Part shown: in pieces, positions 52,503-61,552 of the stretch
How positions within the stretch are numbered: position 1 is the first letter of the stretch
How the letters are laid out: every line of letters begins with the position of its first letter
Source of the DNA: an archaeon
GTDB lineage: Archaea; EX4484-52; WAPT01
NCBI GenBank assembly: GCA_029258795.1
Contig: JAPDKB010000002.1
Coordinates: 1-64,000, forward strand
Reading direction: 5' to 3'
Length of the DNA: 64,000 nucleotides
Program-made: the position numbers and the translations under genes
Notes under the pieces: generated by a model
Seen by the model: only the letters and a program-made list of their open reading frames with translations
Told to the model about the DNA's origin: nothing
Database searches by the model: none

Positions 52503-52624
52503 GGGCCGGTGGTCTAGCGGCTATCTGCGAAAACCGGAGGGCTCAGCTCTCTCCGGTCTTCCAGACCGAAGATGACGTCGCCCTCACGCGGCGAAGGTCG
52601 GCGGTTCGAATCCGCCCCGGCCCA
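52503..52624 (+). tRNA. tRNA-Val(CAC) with a 49-nt D-loop intron (about 52523-52571); CCA not encoded
   Basis: GGGCCGG/CCGGCCC acceptor; TCGCC-CTCACGC-GGCGA anticodon arm. Removing the insert restores GGTCTAGCGGCTATGAC. Relaxed BHB. Confidence 0.9.
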
Positions 52625-52635
52625 TAGAAATTATC

Positions 52636-52830
52636 CGAATCGCATGTTTACCTAATCGCCAACATAATGCGTTACGAATATCACAAGGAGTGCTATCATC
52701 ACGTGTTCTGCTATCATGTTGACCGGGGTTCATTTTTCATTCTGGCCATTCTGTAACTCAGAAATGAAAGGAGAGACAACTCCCAGAAAACGCTGACCAA
52801 AACAGCCTTCTCCAATTCCAGAAGCAACAT
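52636..52830 (-). pseudogene. 3' fragment of a VIT1/CCC1-like membrane protein gene
   Basis: Manual translation LLLELEKAVLVSVFWELSLLSFLSYRMAR..EP / VNMIAEHVMIALLVIFVTHYVGD* contains a frameshift and a stop. Confidence 0.5.
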
Positions 52831-52974
52831 GGGCACCAGAAAGCTGAGAGCGAAGATGCTTATTAGGGAGAAGGCTTGCTCTACCGTGGTTCATCACTCC
52901 ATTAGCTTGTTTGATGAACAGGTGGAACAAGCCTCCCTATAAATGTTTTGTTATCGGGACAGTATCAAAATTCC

Positions 52975-53752
52975 GGACATGTCAACTTAAGAACCAATTT
53001 CTCCACTCTGGCATAAAAATCAAAATAAGGGGGCTCAGCATATCTTGATTTTGCAAAACACACCTTAAAGGAGGTGATATACCATGCTGAGCCCCCATAT
53101 AGATGAAATGTTCTCAAGGATATTTAAAAGAAACAAAAAGCTGAAAGAAAAACAAGATAAAGCCAGTATTGCTTTATTTCTCGGGATTATCATACAGAAA
53201 AGCAGGAGATGAAACAGATATGAGCCATGAGAACGTGAGAAAGTTATTCAGAAAAACGAAAGAATTTCTCAGGGAAATAAAGCCAGTAAAAAGAAAAACG
53301 ATAGCAATGGATGAGACGGTGATAAAAACAAACGGGAGGAGATGTTACATTTACGCAGCTTACGCATGAGGGCTTATGCAGCAAGAAGTTATTTGGCAGC
53401 TCTGGATTTTGTAAAACGGGTTTTTGGAGTTGGGTAAGAAAATAATCTCCTGTTTGCTGTTGATAAGGCTCCGCGGCATTAGACGGGTTTTTGAAAGACC
53501 CGGGTTGAGATATGTGCATGAGACTTCTGGAATGAGGAATAAAGTGTGGAGGGGGATCTTTTGGTTATTTGAAGCAGGGAAGTGTTTTGTTTTATTCACG
53601 ACAATTAATGTGAATTTGGGGTCTGTGTTTGGAAGAATGGATAAAAGGGTTGAGGGATGGAGAAGCTTTGAGGCATCTGAATTTGTTTTTGAAGTTGTTT
53701 ATGGTTTATTATGATTGGTTTGTCAGGAGGTGAGGCTTATCCGGATGCACTC
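52975..53752 (+). mobile_element. Decayed IS6-family element (archaeal type)
   Basis: Fragments IFKRN..K, LYFSGLSYRK and TIAMDETVIK..YIYAA in broken frames; degenerate ends GGACATGTCAACTTAAG and CTTATCCGGATGCACTC. Boundaries approximate. Confidence 0.7.
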
Positions 53753-53803
53753 CTTGCACATACCACAAACATTTATATATAACTTTTGCCAAAATATAAA
53801 GCC

Positions 53804-54457
53804 ATGATTAAAGATGCAATAATGTTGGTTTCTATAATGTGGGGTGGAAGGTCGAAACAATAAGAAAAGAAAGTGGAAAGAATCTTCTTTTGAAATTGAC
53901 TTTATTTTATGTTGCGCTGGGTATTGCTATATTTTTTTACTATGTTCGGGACTTTTATGTATATAATCAGGCATTGGATTTTTTGTTCGGTAAAATAGGT
54001 GGAACATTCCATACAATTTCATTCCTTTCCATTTTCCTCTTCTCCGTAGATATATTTTATTCAGAGAAGTGGAAGAGATAGATATGCTTACTTTCTGGGA
54101 ATTTTGCTGATGACTGTTTTCGTGATTTTCCTGTGGAACGTAACGTTTGCCAGTGAAATTCAGGTGGTTAAGCTTGATAAGGAGTACGTCGTAACTCACG
54201 TTTATTTTCCAGATAAATCCGAAATGATGCTTTACGTTGTTTTAGTGAGTGTAATATCATTTTTACCTATTCTCTCATTTTTAGCTTACGGAATAAAGGT
54301 TCCGGCGAAAAGAAGAAAGGCTCTAACCTATTGTTTGGGAATAGCCGTTACCGCCTCAGGAACCATGCTTTGCCTCCTTATATCCCCAATACTTGCACGA
54401 GTTATGTATCTGCTGGGTGCAGTCATCTGCTATTATGCTTTCAAAATGAAGAGTTGA
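53804..54457 (+). pseudogene. Second 7TM protein, frameshifted twice
   Basis: MIKDAIMLVS matches MLKDVIMLGS of 46901. About 13 bp are deleted near 53838 and a 4-bp AGAT duplication lies near 54078. Motifs RDFYV.N.ALD and ISP.LAR..YL.GA.ICYYAFKM are shared. Confidence 0.85.
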
Positions 54458-54461
54458 GGTA

Positions 54462-54935
54462 ATGAACATGACTGTGCTGCGAAAAAAAGAAAGAAGCATA
54501 TGTATATCCCAGAGAGAATGGGCGGTGATGACTAAAAGGTTGTATGAAGTTGCAGGAAAGGTTTTTGGTAGAGCGCTCTATGAAGGTGGACAGGTAAAAG
54601 GAAAGGAATTGGTAAAAAAATATGGCGTAAAGAAAGACGATTTGAAACAATTGCAAGAAGTAATAAAAAAAGAGGGCCTTGCAAGAAATGTGGAGATACA
54701 TGATAGAGAAATATTGGTTGAAGGTTCTTTTGAAGGAGAAGCTCTAAAACCATACACAAGGCCTGTGTGTTTTTATCTCGCAGGGATCATTGCAACCATT
54801 TATTCAAAGATAGAAAAGGAAGATGTAAAAGTTGAAGAAACGGACTGCATCTCCACAGGTAAAAAAGTGTGCAGGTTTGTCGTCAGGCCGCTTGAGTGGT
54901 ATGAAAAGATGAATGAAGTTATGGAAATAATTTGA
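54462..54935 (+). CDS. Stand-alone V4R domain protein, paralog of 47571
   Basis: LYEVAGKV.GRALY.GG, GSFEGEALKP, CFYLAG, VEETDCI and WYEKM.EVME motifs shared with 47571. Confidence 0.88.
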   Translation: MNMTVLRKKERSICISQREWAVMTKRLYEVAGKVFGRALYEGGQVKGKELVKKYGVKKDDLKQLQEVIKKEGLARNVEIHDREILVEGSFEGEALKPYTRPVCFYLAGIIATIYSKIEKEDVKVEETDCISTGKKVCRFVVRPLEWYEKMNEVMEII

Positions 54936-55059
54936 AAAAAGTAAGCATGTTTTGGCTTCGTTTCCTTATATAAAGGGACAAGCAATTGCGACTTACTTAT
55001 TCATATTATATCGTTTGGATAGAGGATGCTTGGAACTTTTGAAGTGAGAGGCTTTGGGA

Positions 55060-55335
55060 CACCTATGTAAGCCACCTCCAAACATTTTTATTGGTTATAA
55101 GCTATATATCTCTATCGAACAAACACCTATTCGCGGTCTAAGCCGCAGTATAGCATCTTCGTTCATGGGGATAGGGAAAGCTTAATCAAAATGTCGCAGT
55201 CTTAAGCTGCATGTCCCAAGTCAAGCTTTTCCCTATCCCCTAAACATTTCCTTTCTTTTAAGCATGAAGTAAATTGCAATGCATAACTTTCTTGCTGCAG
55301 CAACTATTGTTTTGTGTGCTTCATAAATACCCACG
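55060..55335 (-). mobile_element. IS110-family remnant: transposase C-terminus (55233-~55325) plus intact downstream non-coding end
   Basis: TIVAAARKLCIAIYFMLKRKE is a typical IS110 C-terminal helix. Junction GGCTTTGGGA-CA-CCTATG at 55050-55067. Confidence 0.75.
55115..55240 (-). ncRNA. Predicted bridge/seek RNA of the IS110 element (target-binding loop and donor-binding loop)
   Basis: Two consecutive stem / internal-loop / hairpin units; loop strands match the flanking target and the element end (see findings). Confidence 0.75.
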
Positions 55336-55383
55336 GTGAGAGTCTGGGTCTTCTGGTGGCTATGCCCGACCGGGTTTTTTGAT

Positions 55384-56264
55384 ATGAGAGTGTGCATTGT
55401 TGGTCCTGCGAATCCTGGCGAGACAGAGATAGCTCTCACCGAGGCCGCCAAAAAGCGCTATTCCAAGGTATTGTACGCGCCCTTTTCCCGTCTCAGGATA
55501 GAAATGGTTGCCGGAGAGCCGAGAGCCTTCTACAAGGAATAGACCTTTCAGAGTTTGACATTGTCATACCCCGCGTCAGGAGGAGCGACGCGGATTTCGC
55601 ATACGTCCTCTTAGGGGTTCTCGAGGACCTGGGAGTCTATTCTCCAATCTCGAGGGACAGCATTCTCTACGGGTTCAACGAGTATCTCATACCTTTCATT
55701 CTCGGGAGGGCTGGGGTCGAGACCCTCACAACCCTCCTGGGCTCTACCCGGGCCGCCCTCGAGAAATCGATCTCGAGGCTGAGGTTCCCCGTGGTGGTAA
55801 AACTCCCCCACAACAAGGACGGGGCAATGATAGTGGACAGCGAGAAGATCGCCAGGTGCGTGCTCGACACTCTCGAGAGCCTCGGAGAGCCGATAATAGT
55901 CCAGGAGATGCTCGAGGGATCTGAGAGCTTCAGCATCCTCTATATCGGGGAGAGAACATATTGCATAGAAAAGCACAACGGGACCGCGAGAAAGAGAAAG
56001 CTTGGCATAGAAGAAAAGCGGACCGCGAGGCGCATGACATCCCTCCTGGGAGCGAGCGTGTGTCAGCTGAACGGAATGATCTCTGGAGATAGGCTCGTGG
56101 TCATAGACCTCAACATCAACCCCTGGGTGCACAGACTCCAGGAGCACTTCAAGACCAACCTGTTCGAAAAGATCCTGGACCACCTGGAGAGCGGGTACTC
56201 TTCCTCTCGACGGGGCACTATCCTAGACAAGTTCCTGAAATGGTTCGAGGAGATGAGGTGGTAG
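55384..56264 (+). pseudogene. RimK-like ATP-grasp protein with a one-base frameshift near 55536
   Basis: MRVCIVG...FYK in one frame continues as GIDLSEFDIVIPR..FPVVVK..IVQE..DLNINP in another. GC-rich relative to flanks. Confidence 0.75.
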
Positions 56265-56265
56265 A

Positions 56266-56430
56266 GTGTACAACGTTCTCATTACGGCATCGCCAAGAGT
56301 CTTGTGGACTACCCGCCAGCTTATTGAGGAGGGCAGGAAGAAGTTCAACCTCCACGTTGTCTCTCTATATGTTATCAATATTGAGGTTTCTCCCGGGATC
56401 GTCTCGTGCAGGCACAAGCGCTATTTATAA
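56266..56430 (+). pseudogene. N-terminal fragment of a second RimK-like gene
   Basis: Manual translation MYNVLITASPRVLWTTRQLIEEGRKKF resembles the RimK N-terminus; ends at the GC-to-AT boundary. Confidence 0.5.
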
Positions 56431-56434
56431 ACGT

Positions 56435-57718
56435 TTAGTTTTTGCGGGAGAATAAGTCCTTATAATGACCCCAGTCCAGAATCTCCTTTAAGAAATCATT
56501 TATTTTAGACTCCAACATTATGAGCCTTCCATCAGGGTCATAAACCCTTTCCAGAATATTTATGCGCTCGTCCAAAGTATTCCCATTTAAGCCTTGATAA
56601 AGAGGAGAGGAAAGAACTTCATACAGTTTTTTAAGAATTTGTTCTTCACAAGCAAGAGCTTTACATTCCCGGATTTCCGATTTATATTTTTTAATTTCTT
56701 CAACCCTATTCTTCATTATTGAAATGCTTTCGCTTATTTTCTTCAGTTTTTCTTCACAATCCTCTACTCCCTTTATACTGTATTTCTTAAGCCAGATTTT
56801 TAATATCTGTGGCGGGAAAGTTTTCGGATTCTCTAGTATAATCCCCGAAAGATTTTCATCTCTTACTACCGAATTAATTTCATTGAAGATATCATCTCTG
56901 TTTATAACGTAATCCCATTTTATTTCTATACCTTCCCGTGTTTTTTTTCCAAATTTATTCAACATATTAACAAAACTTCTCGGCAGATTGTTTGAATGTT
57001 TCTCCCACATATACTCTATTTTTCTGTCAGCTTTCACTCTATAGACTGAAAATAGACACGAAGAAAGTGGAGGTTCTACGCAGATTGGAAGACCTGAGAT
57101 GTCTTCCAGACCTGAGATCTCTTCCAGATTTTCAGATTCTATATAACGATTATACTCATAGATTGGGTTTTTTGTTGATATTATAATTCTCTTGCCTTCA
57201 TCCCGTTGCTCAAGGGCTATTAATGCAAGTTCATTCATGACAGCTTTTCCTATGTCTCTTGTAGCTTCTCTTGCGACAAGATCTCCTACGTAGTCCCAGT
57301 TATCGATGCATACAACCTCTGCCTCATTTATAAGCTTTTTTGGGTCAGTTAGATCGGCTTTTAGGGTCCATTCCCATTTTTCTCTATTTTCCTCTGAAAG
57401 ATATATTCTAGGGTCAAATGCCTTTATATCTCCTGTGAAGATATCGAAATATACTCCTGCAGGAAATATATCTTCTTCCGCTAAAATATTAAACGCAGCT
57501 AGAATTCTGGTGGTTTTTCCTATACCTCTTGTTCCACGAAGTTCTATATTATCTGACTTGATCCTATCTGCTAATATTTTCGAGTCCAAATAATATACTT
57601 TACATTTTAGTATGTCATTCAATAGATTATAGTCCATTTCTTCCGCTCTGAGCGGAATATTCGGAGAGTAATCTTCTGATGTCACTTGATTTGGACTTTT
57701 AATATCAGTTTCCTTCAT
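56435..57718 (-). CDS. Orphan P-loop NTPase, AT-rich
   Basis: Walker A GTRGIGKT and Walker B-like VVCIDN. The track start at 57775 lies inside an IS terminal repeat, so ATG 57718 is preferred. Confidence 0.7.
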   Translation of the reverse strand: MKETDIKSPNQVTSEDYSPNIPLRAEEMDYNLLNDILKCKVYYLDSKILADRIKSDNIELRGTRGIGKTTRILAAFNILAEEDIFPAGVYFDIFTGDIKAFDPRIYLSEENREKWEWTLKADLTDPKKLINEAEVVCIDNWDYVGDLVAREATRDIGKAVMNELALIALEQRDEGKRIIISTKNPIYEYNRYIESENLEEISGLEDISGLPICVEPPLSSCLFSVYRVKADRKIEYMWEKHSNNLPRSFVNMLNKFGKKTREGIEIKWDYVINRDDIFNEINSVVRDENLSGIILENPKTFPPQILKIWLKKYSIKGVEDCEEKLKKISESISIMKNRVEEIKKYKSEIRECKALACEEQILKKLYEVLSSPLYQGLNGNTLDERINILERVYDPDGRLIMLESKINDFLKEILDWGHYKDLFSRKN

Positions 57719-57755
57719 AGATAGAAATTTTTGACATAAAATTTTAAATAATTTT

Positions 57756-58671
57756 GGCTCCACGCCATAAAACATATAAAAAACATTTAATTCGGCAAGG
57801 ATTCATAACAAAAACAAGAGCTTTCTCTATTCCATCATCCAATTAATTTCCCATAAATTCAAAAACGAAGAAAATTTTTTCATGTTCTTAAAACCGCGAA
57901 ACTTTCTGTATCTGTTCCTGAGCCATGAGATCAAACCTTCTGCCCTGTTATTGCTAAGAAAATAAATCATACCTTTATGAAAAACAATCTTTTTTTCAAA
58001 ATGAGCTATAACACGCTTAATCTTTCTAATTCTTAACCCCTTTCTCAGGGTTTTACTATCATATCCATACCATCCATCCGTTACTATTATCTCAGGTTTG
58101 TATCCCGCATTCTCTATAGCTTTTCTAAGCAATCTAACAACTTCTTTGCTTTCCCTTCTATCACTAACATGCATTGCCATAATTCTTGATCTTTCATCGC
58201 AGCAAACATAAAGATAGTTCATTCTTCCCTTAGCTTTAACATACATCTCATCCAAATGCCATACCTCTGCAATTTTTTCAAATTCCTTATTCTTTGCCTT
58301 AAGCTCTTTGAGAAACTTTTTATCCTTTCCAAATTTATGTATCCAGTTAAGAACAGTTCTTGCAGGAACTCTTATTCCTTTAAATTTTTCCATAATCTTC
58401 TCAACATCATAGGTTGAAACAACAAATCTTGAGTAAAGCCACAGGCAAAGCATAACAATCTCTTTATCATATCTTATCCTCGCAAATTCGTCCATACCTT
58501 TTTCTGAGAAAACGTAGAAACATTTTTTGCATCTGTATCTCTGGTATTTCTTATCTTTATGTTTGTAAAAACCCAGCTTCCATATATCTCTTGATGAGCA
58601 TCTGGGACATGAAATCTTCATGAATTTTTTATTATGAATGAGGTTATTTATATGTTTTTTGGCGTAGAACC
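57756..58671 (-). mobile_element. IS6-like element with 25-bp TIRs; transposase 57827-58621
   Basis: GGCTCCACGCCATAAAACATATAAA versus GGTTCTACGCCAAAAAACATATAAA (22/25 match). CPRC..QRYRCKKC zinc ribbon; WHLDEMY, VTDG and NNRAE motifs. Confidence 0.88.
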
Positions 58672-59611
58672 CATTAATTTCTCTATTACTGCCAGAGTTT
58701 TCCCTATTAAATTTGTTTTTAAATTAAGCAAAAATTCGAAAAAGCTTACCCATAAGCTAAGATATTTCTTGCTTATCCCCCTAAACACCCTATACCATGA
58801 TTTTAAAAAAGAAAATCTATTCTCTGCATTGTTAATATGAACATTGCCTTCCGCAAACCTTTTCTTGTTATGCGGGATTATTCCATGTTTATAACCTTTT
58901 CTCTCTATTTCCTTTGTATAAATAGGAAAGTCATCAGTATTTACTATAGAGCCTTTCTCAACATAAGTTTCGAGTAGCTCTAAAACAAGCTCTTCACTTA
59001 AGCCTTCCAGAGCTACGAAGAATATGCTCTTACCTTTTCTTTCAGTTAAAACTATGACTGGAGTTTTGCCTTCTTTTAGCCCACCTCTACCTTTAATTCC
59101 AGTTCCACCCCTCTTCATAGGCTTTCTAGAAAGCCTTCTATTACCCTTTTCACCAGCTGTTAGATAGGTTTCATCCATCTCAACATTAACTTTTAGCTTG
59201 GAAGCTATTTGCCTTGCAAGCAAATCTTGCTTGATTTTCTTAGCTGCTTTCCAAACATGCTCATATTTTCTACCAAGATCGATTGCTATTGAATAAATGC
59301 TTCTTCCAGCCGAATGCTCTTTTATTATATAAGACCATTCCCAAATCGGTAGCTTTGATTTATCGAATATCGTTTTGGTTCTATTGTTGAAAGTTCTTTT
59401 GCATTTTTTGCAAAGATAGCGTTGAAAGCCTTTCTTATCCTCACCCCTCTTAACAACCTCCTTTGACCCGCAGAAAACGCACCTTACTCCTTCTTTCCAT
59501 CTAAGCTTTTGGATTATTTCTATGCACTTCTCATCACCTGGGGGCAAAATCTCTTGCAGTCAGCATACATTGTTATTTTATAGTTTTCTATTTTCGTTAT
59601 GAGATGTGAGC
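58672..59611 (-). mobile_element. IS1595-family element, 3' end interrupted by the IS6-like element; transposase to ~59547
   Basis: RW..GVRCVFCGS, VEMDETY, TDDF..Y and HINNAENRFS motifs. The ORF runs into the IS6 TIR. Outer boundary approximate. Confidence 0.85.
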
Positions 59612-59647
59612 GAAAGCTTTTTGTAGTTGATTTTTTGAACTTTGTTT

Positions 59648-60457
59648 ATGATGCCCGGTAAAAAAGCTGTGATTCTAATAGGAGGAATGATAATGGTTGT
59701 GGCAGTTCTGAGCTTATGCGTGCAGAAACCGGAAGAAGGGGCACCCACGATTCAGCCAGGAAAGGAATTAAAGCTTTCTGATTTCCCTGAAGTGTTTAGC
59801 GAGAGTACTTTGATTGTTGTTGGAGACAACGCTTCTGAGGTTGAAGTTCAAGCAGCTAATGAAATTGCTGAATATTTGGAGGATGAGACCGGGAATAAAC
59901 CTTTGATAAAGAAGTATTCTGAGGTTAGTGAGGAAGATAAGAGAAATTACAACTTGATTATTGTTGGCGCTTCTAATTCTAACCCTATGCTAAGGAAAGT
60001 CTCTGAGGAATGTACAAGAAAGAACTTCAAAAAATTAGAATTTAAGGGAGTTAATAGTTATTGGCAGGGCACAGGTAAAGGATACATACTTATTTTAGAA
60101 AACTTATGGTCGACAAGTAAATGTATGTTGATTGTTGATGGATATGACAGCAGCGGGCTAGAATCTGCAGTTAGCACCCTTTTAAATACAGATATAATTA
60201 TGTCCATAAACAATAGCGGTATTTTAGTAAAATTAGAGAGTAGTACTCGAATACAAACTCTTCCAGTGTCTAAACTTTCAAAAATAGTGGCTAAAGATAT
60301 TGCAGCAGAGTATTTGATAAAACGATGTCAAACTATTCCTGAGGATAGTTTTAAGCTGAAAGTGTCGGATTTTGGAGATTACTGGCTAATTGAAGGAGGC
60401 TGTATCAAACTTCTAGTAGATAAAAATAATGGTTTTGTAGAGGAGGTGAAATCTTGA
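59648..60457 (+). CDS. Lipoprotein-like protein with S-layer C-terminal-type domain
   Basis: Signal peptide ending LSLC; IVVGDNAS...NLIIVG..NSNP motif. Confidence 0.7.
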   Translation: MMPGKKAVILIGGMIMVVAVLSLCVQKPEEGAPTIQPGKELKLSDFPEVFSESTLIVVGDNASEVEVQAANEIAEYLEDETGNKPLIKKYSEVSEEDKRNYNLIIVGASNSNPMLRKVSEECTRKNFKKLEFKGVNSYWQGTGKGYILILENLWSTSKCMLIVDGYDSSGLESAVSTLLNTDIIMSINNSGILVKLESSTRIQTLPVSKLSKIVAKDIAAEYLIKRCQTIPEDSFKLKVSDFGDYWLIEGGCIKLLVDKNNGFVEEVKS

Positions 60458-60577
60458 AGGCCAATTAATGACCTTCTTTGTATTATTCGTTCTCTTGTGT
60501 CCTACTGCATACGACATTCTATCATCGAGATACTCTCTAAAATTCTATAGTAGTAACCAACTTTTGAAAGTTCACAT

Positions 60578-61506
60578 TCATGTATTATCACCTCCTACTA
60601 ACATGGAACCGTCGCTACATCCTTCAGCCTGGCATGGAACTTTTACATTTTTTAAACCCCAGTCGTGGATCACTACTAAATTTAGACTCTTATTTAGATT
60701 AATCACAGCACAACTATGGTTGACAATATAGTTCAGAGTTGGATAACCTACGAAATAAGTTTCGTTTGATGATAAAAAGCTCTTGTTAACAATTATTCTC
60801 CCGTAATATTTATCTTCGCCAACCTGGTGTAAAGGTGCTGTAACTATTTCTTTAATCGACTCGAACGTTCTTGTACTTTTATTATATCCGATCAATTGAT
60901 ATAAAGTCACTACTTTAGGTGGCTCTCCACTTAACTCATATTTTGGATCTGATGGTTCATCTGTTAGAACTAAAACATCTATTCTGATCTTGTCCTTAAT
61001 GCTTGGAGCAATTACTACACTGGTTTCATTTTTAATCAGTGCAATCGGGTTTAGTTCAAGTCCCGCACTATACACCCCCACTCATCCCACCCTTCAACCA
61101 GTAACATCGCCTTATTTTTATTCCAAGGATTCCTCAAAATTTCCAAAACACCCTTACCCTCTCCCGGAAATGTATCATTAACTTCCAAAACATCAACCAT
61201 AGAATAAACTTCTATCAGCATGAGATTGGAATTCGGCGTGCCAACAACAACTAAATTGTGGTTTCTTTTATCTTTCTCCGTGATTTCAGAATATTTTTTT
61301 ATTAAGGGTTTATCCCCTGTTTCATTTTCCAAATAAGAGGTAATCTCGTTTGCGGCTTGCAATTCAATCTCAGAAGCATTATCACCAACGATAATTAAGG
61401 TATTATTCCCGAAATTTTGCCAGAGGAAAATGCCTATTATCAAAAGGATTAAAATTACGGTTCCTGCAATAATTAAGATCTTTCTGTTCATCATAATGTT
61501 TATCAT
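60578..61506 (-). pseudogene. Convergent paralog with the same S-layer-type domain, split by a one-base frameshift in a G run near 61077
   Basis: LIIVGDNASEIELQAANEI..NLVVVG.PNSN motif; adding one G joins EGWDEWG to VYSAGLELNP. Confidence 0.7.
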
Positions 61507-61552
61507 TAAGTCTCATTATGCTTTTTTAATTATAAAATTTACGGCTCCAAGC

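Noticed and set aside
55167-55240. Long inverted repeat as a simple terminator or MITE
   Set aside because: It encloses an internal loop and inner hairpin whose strands match the flanking target, and a second analogous unit follows; better explained as a bridge-RNA loop.
55530-55545. Programmed frameshift in the RimK-like gene
   Set aside because: No slippery heptamer at AAGGAATAG; a one-base loss by decay or sequencing error is simpler.
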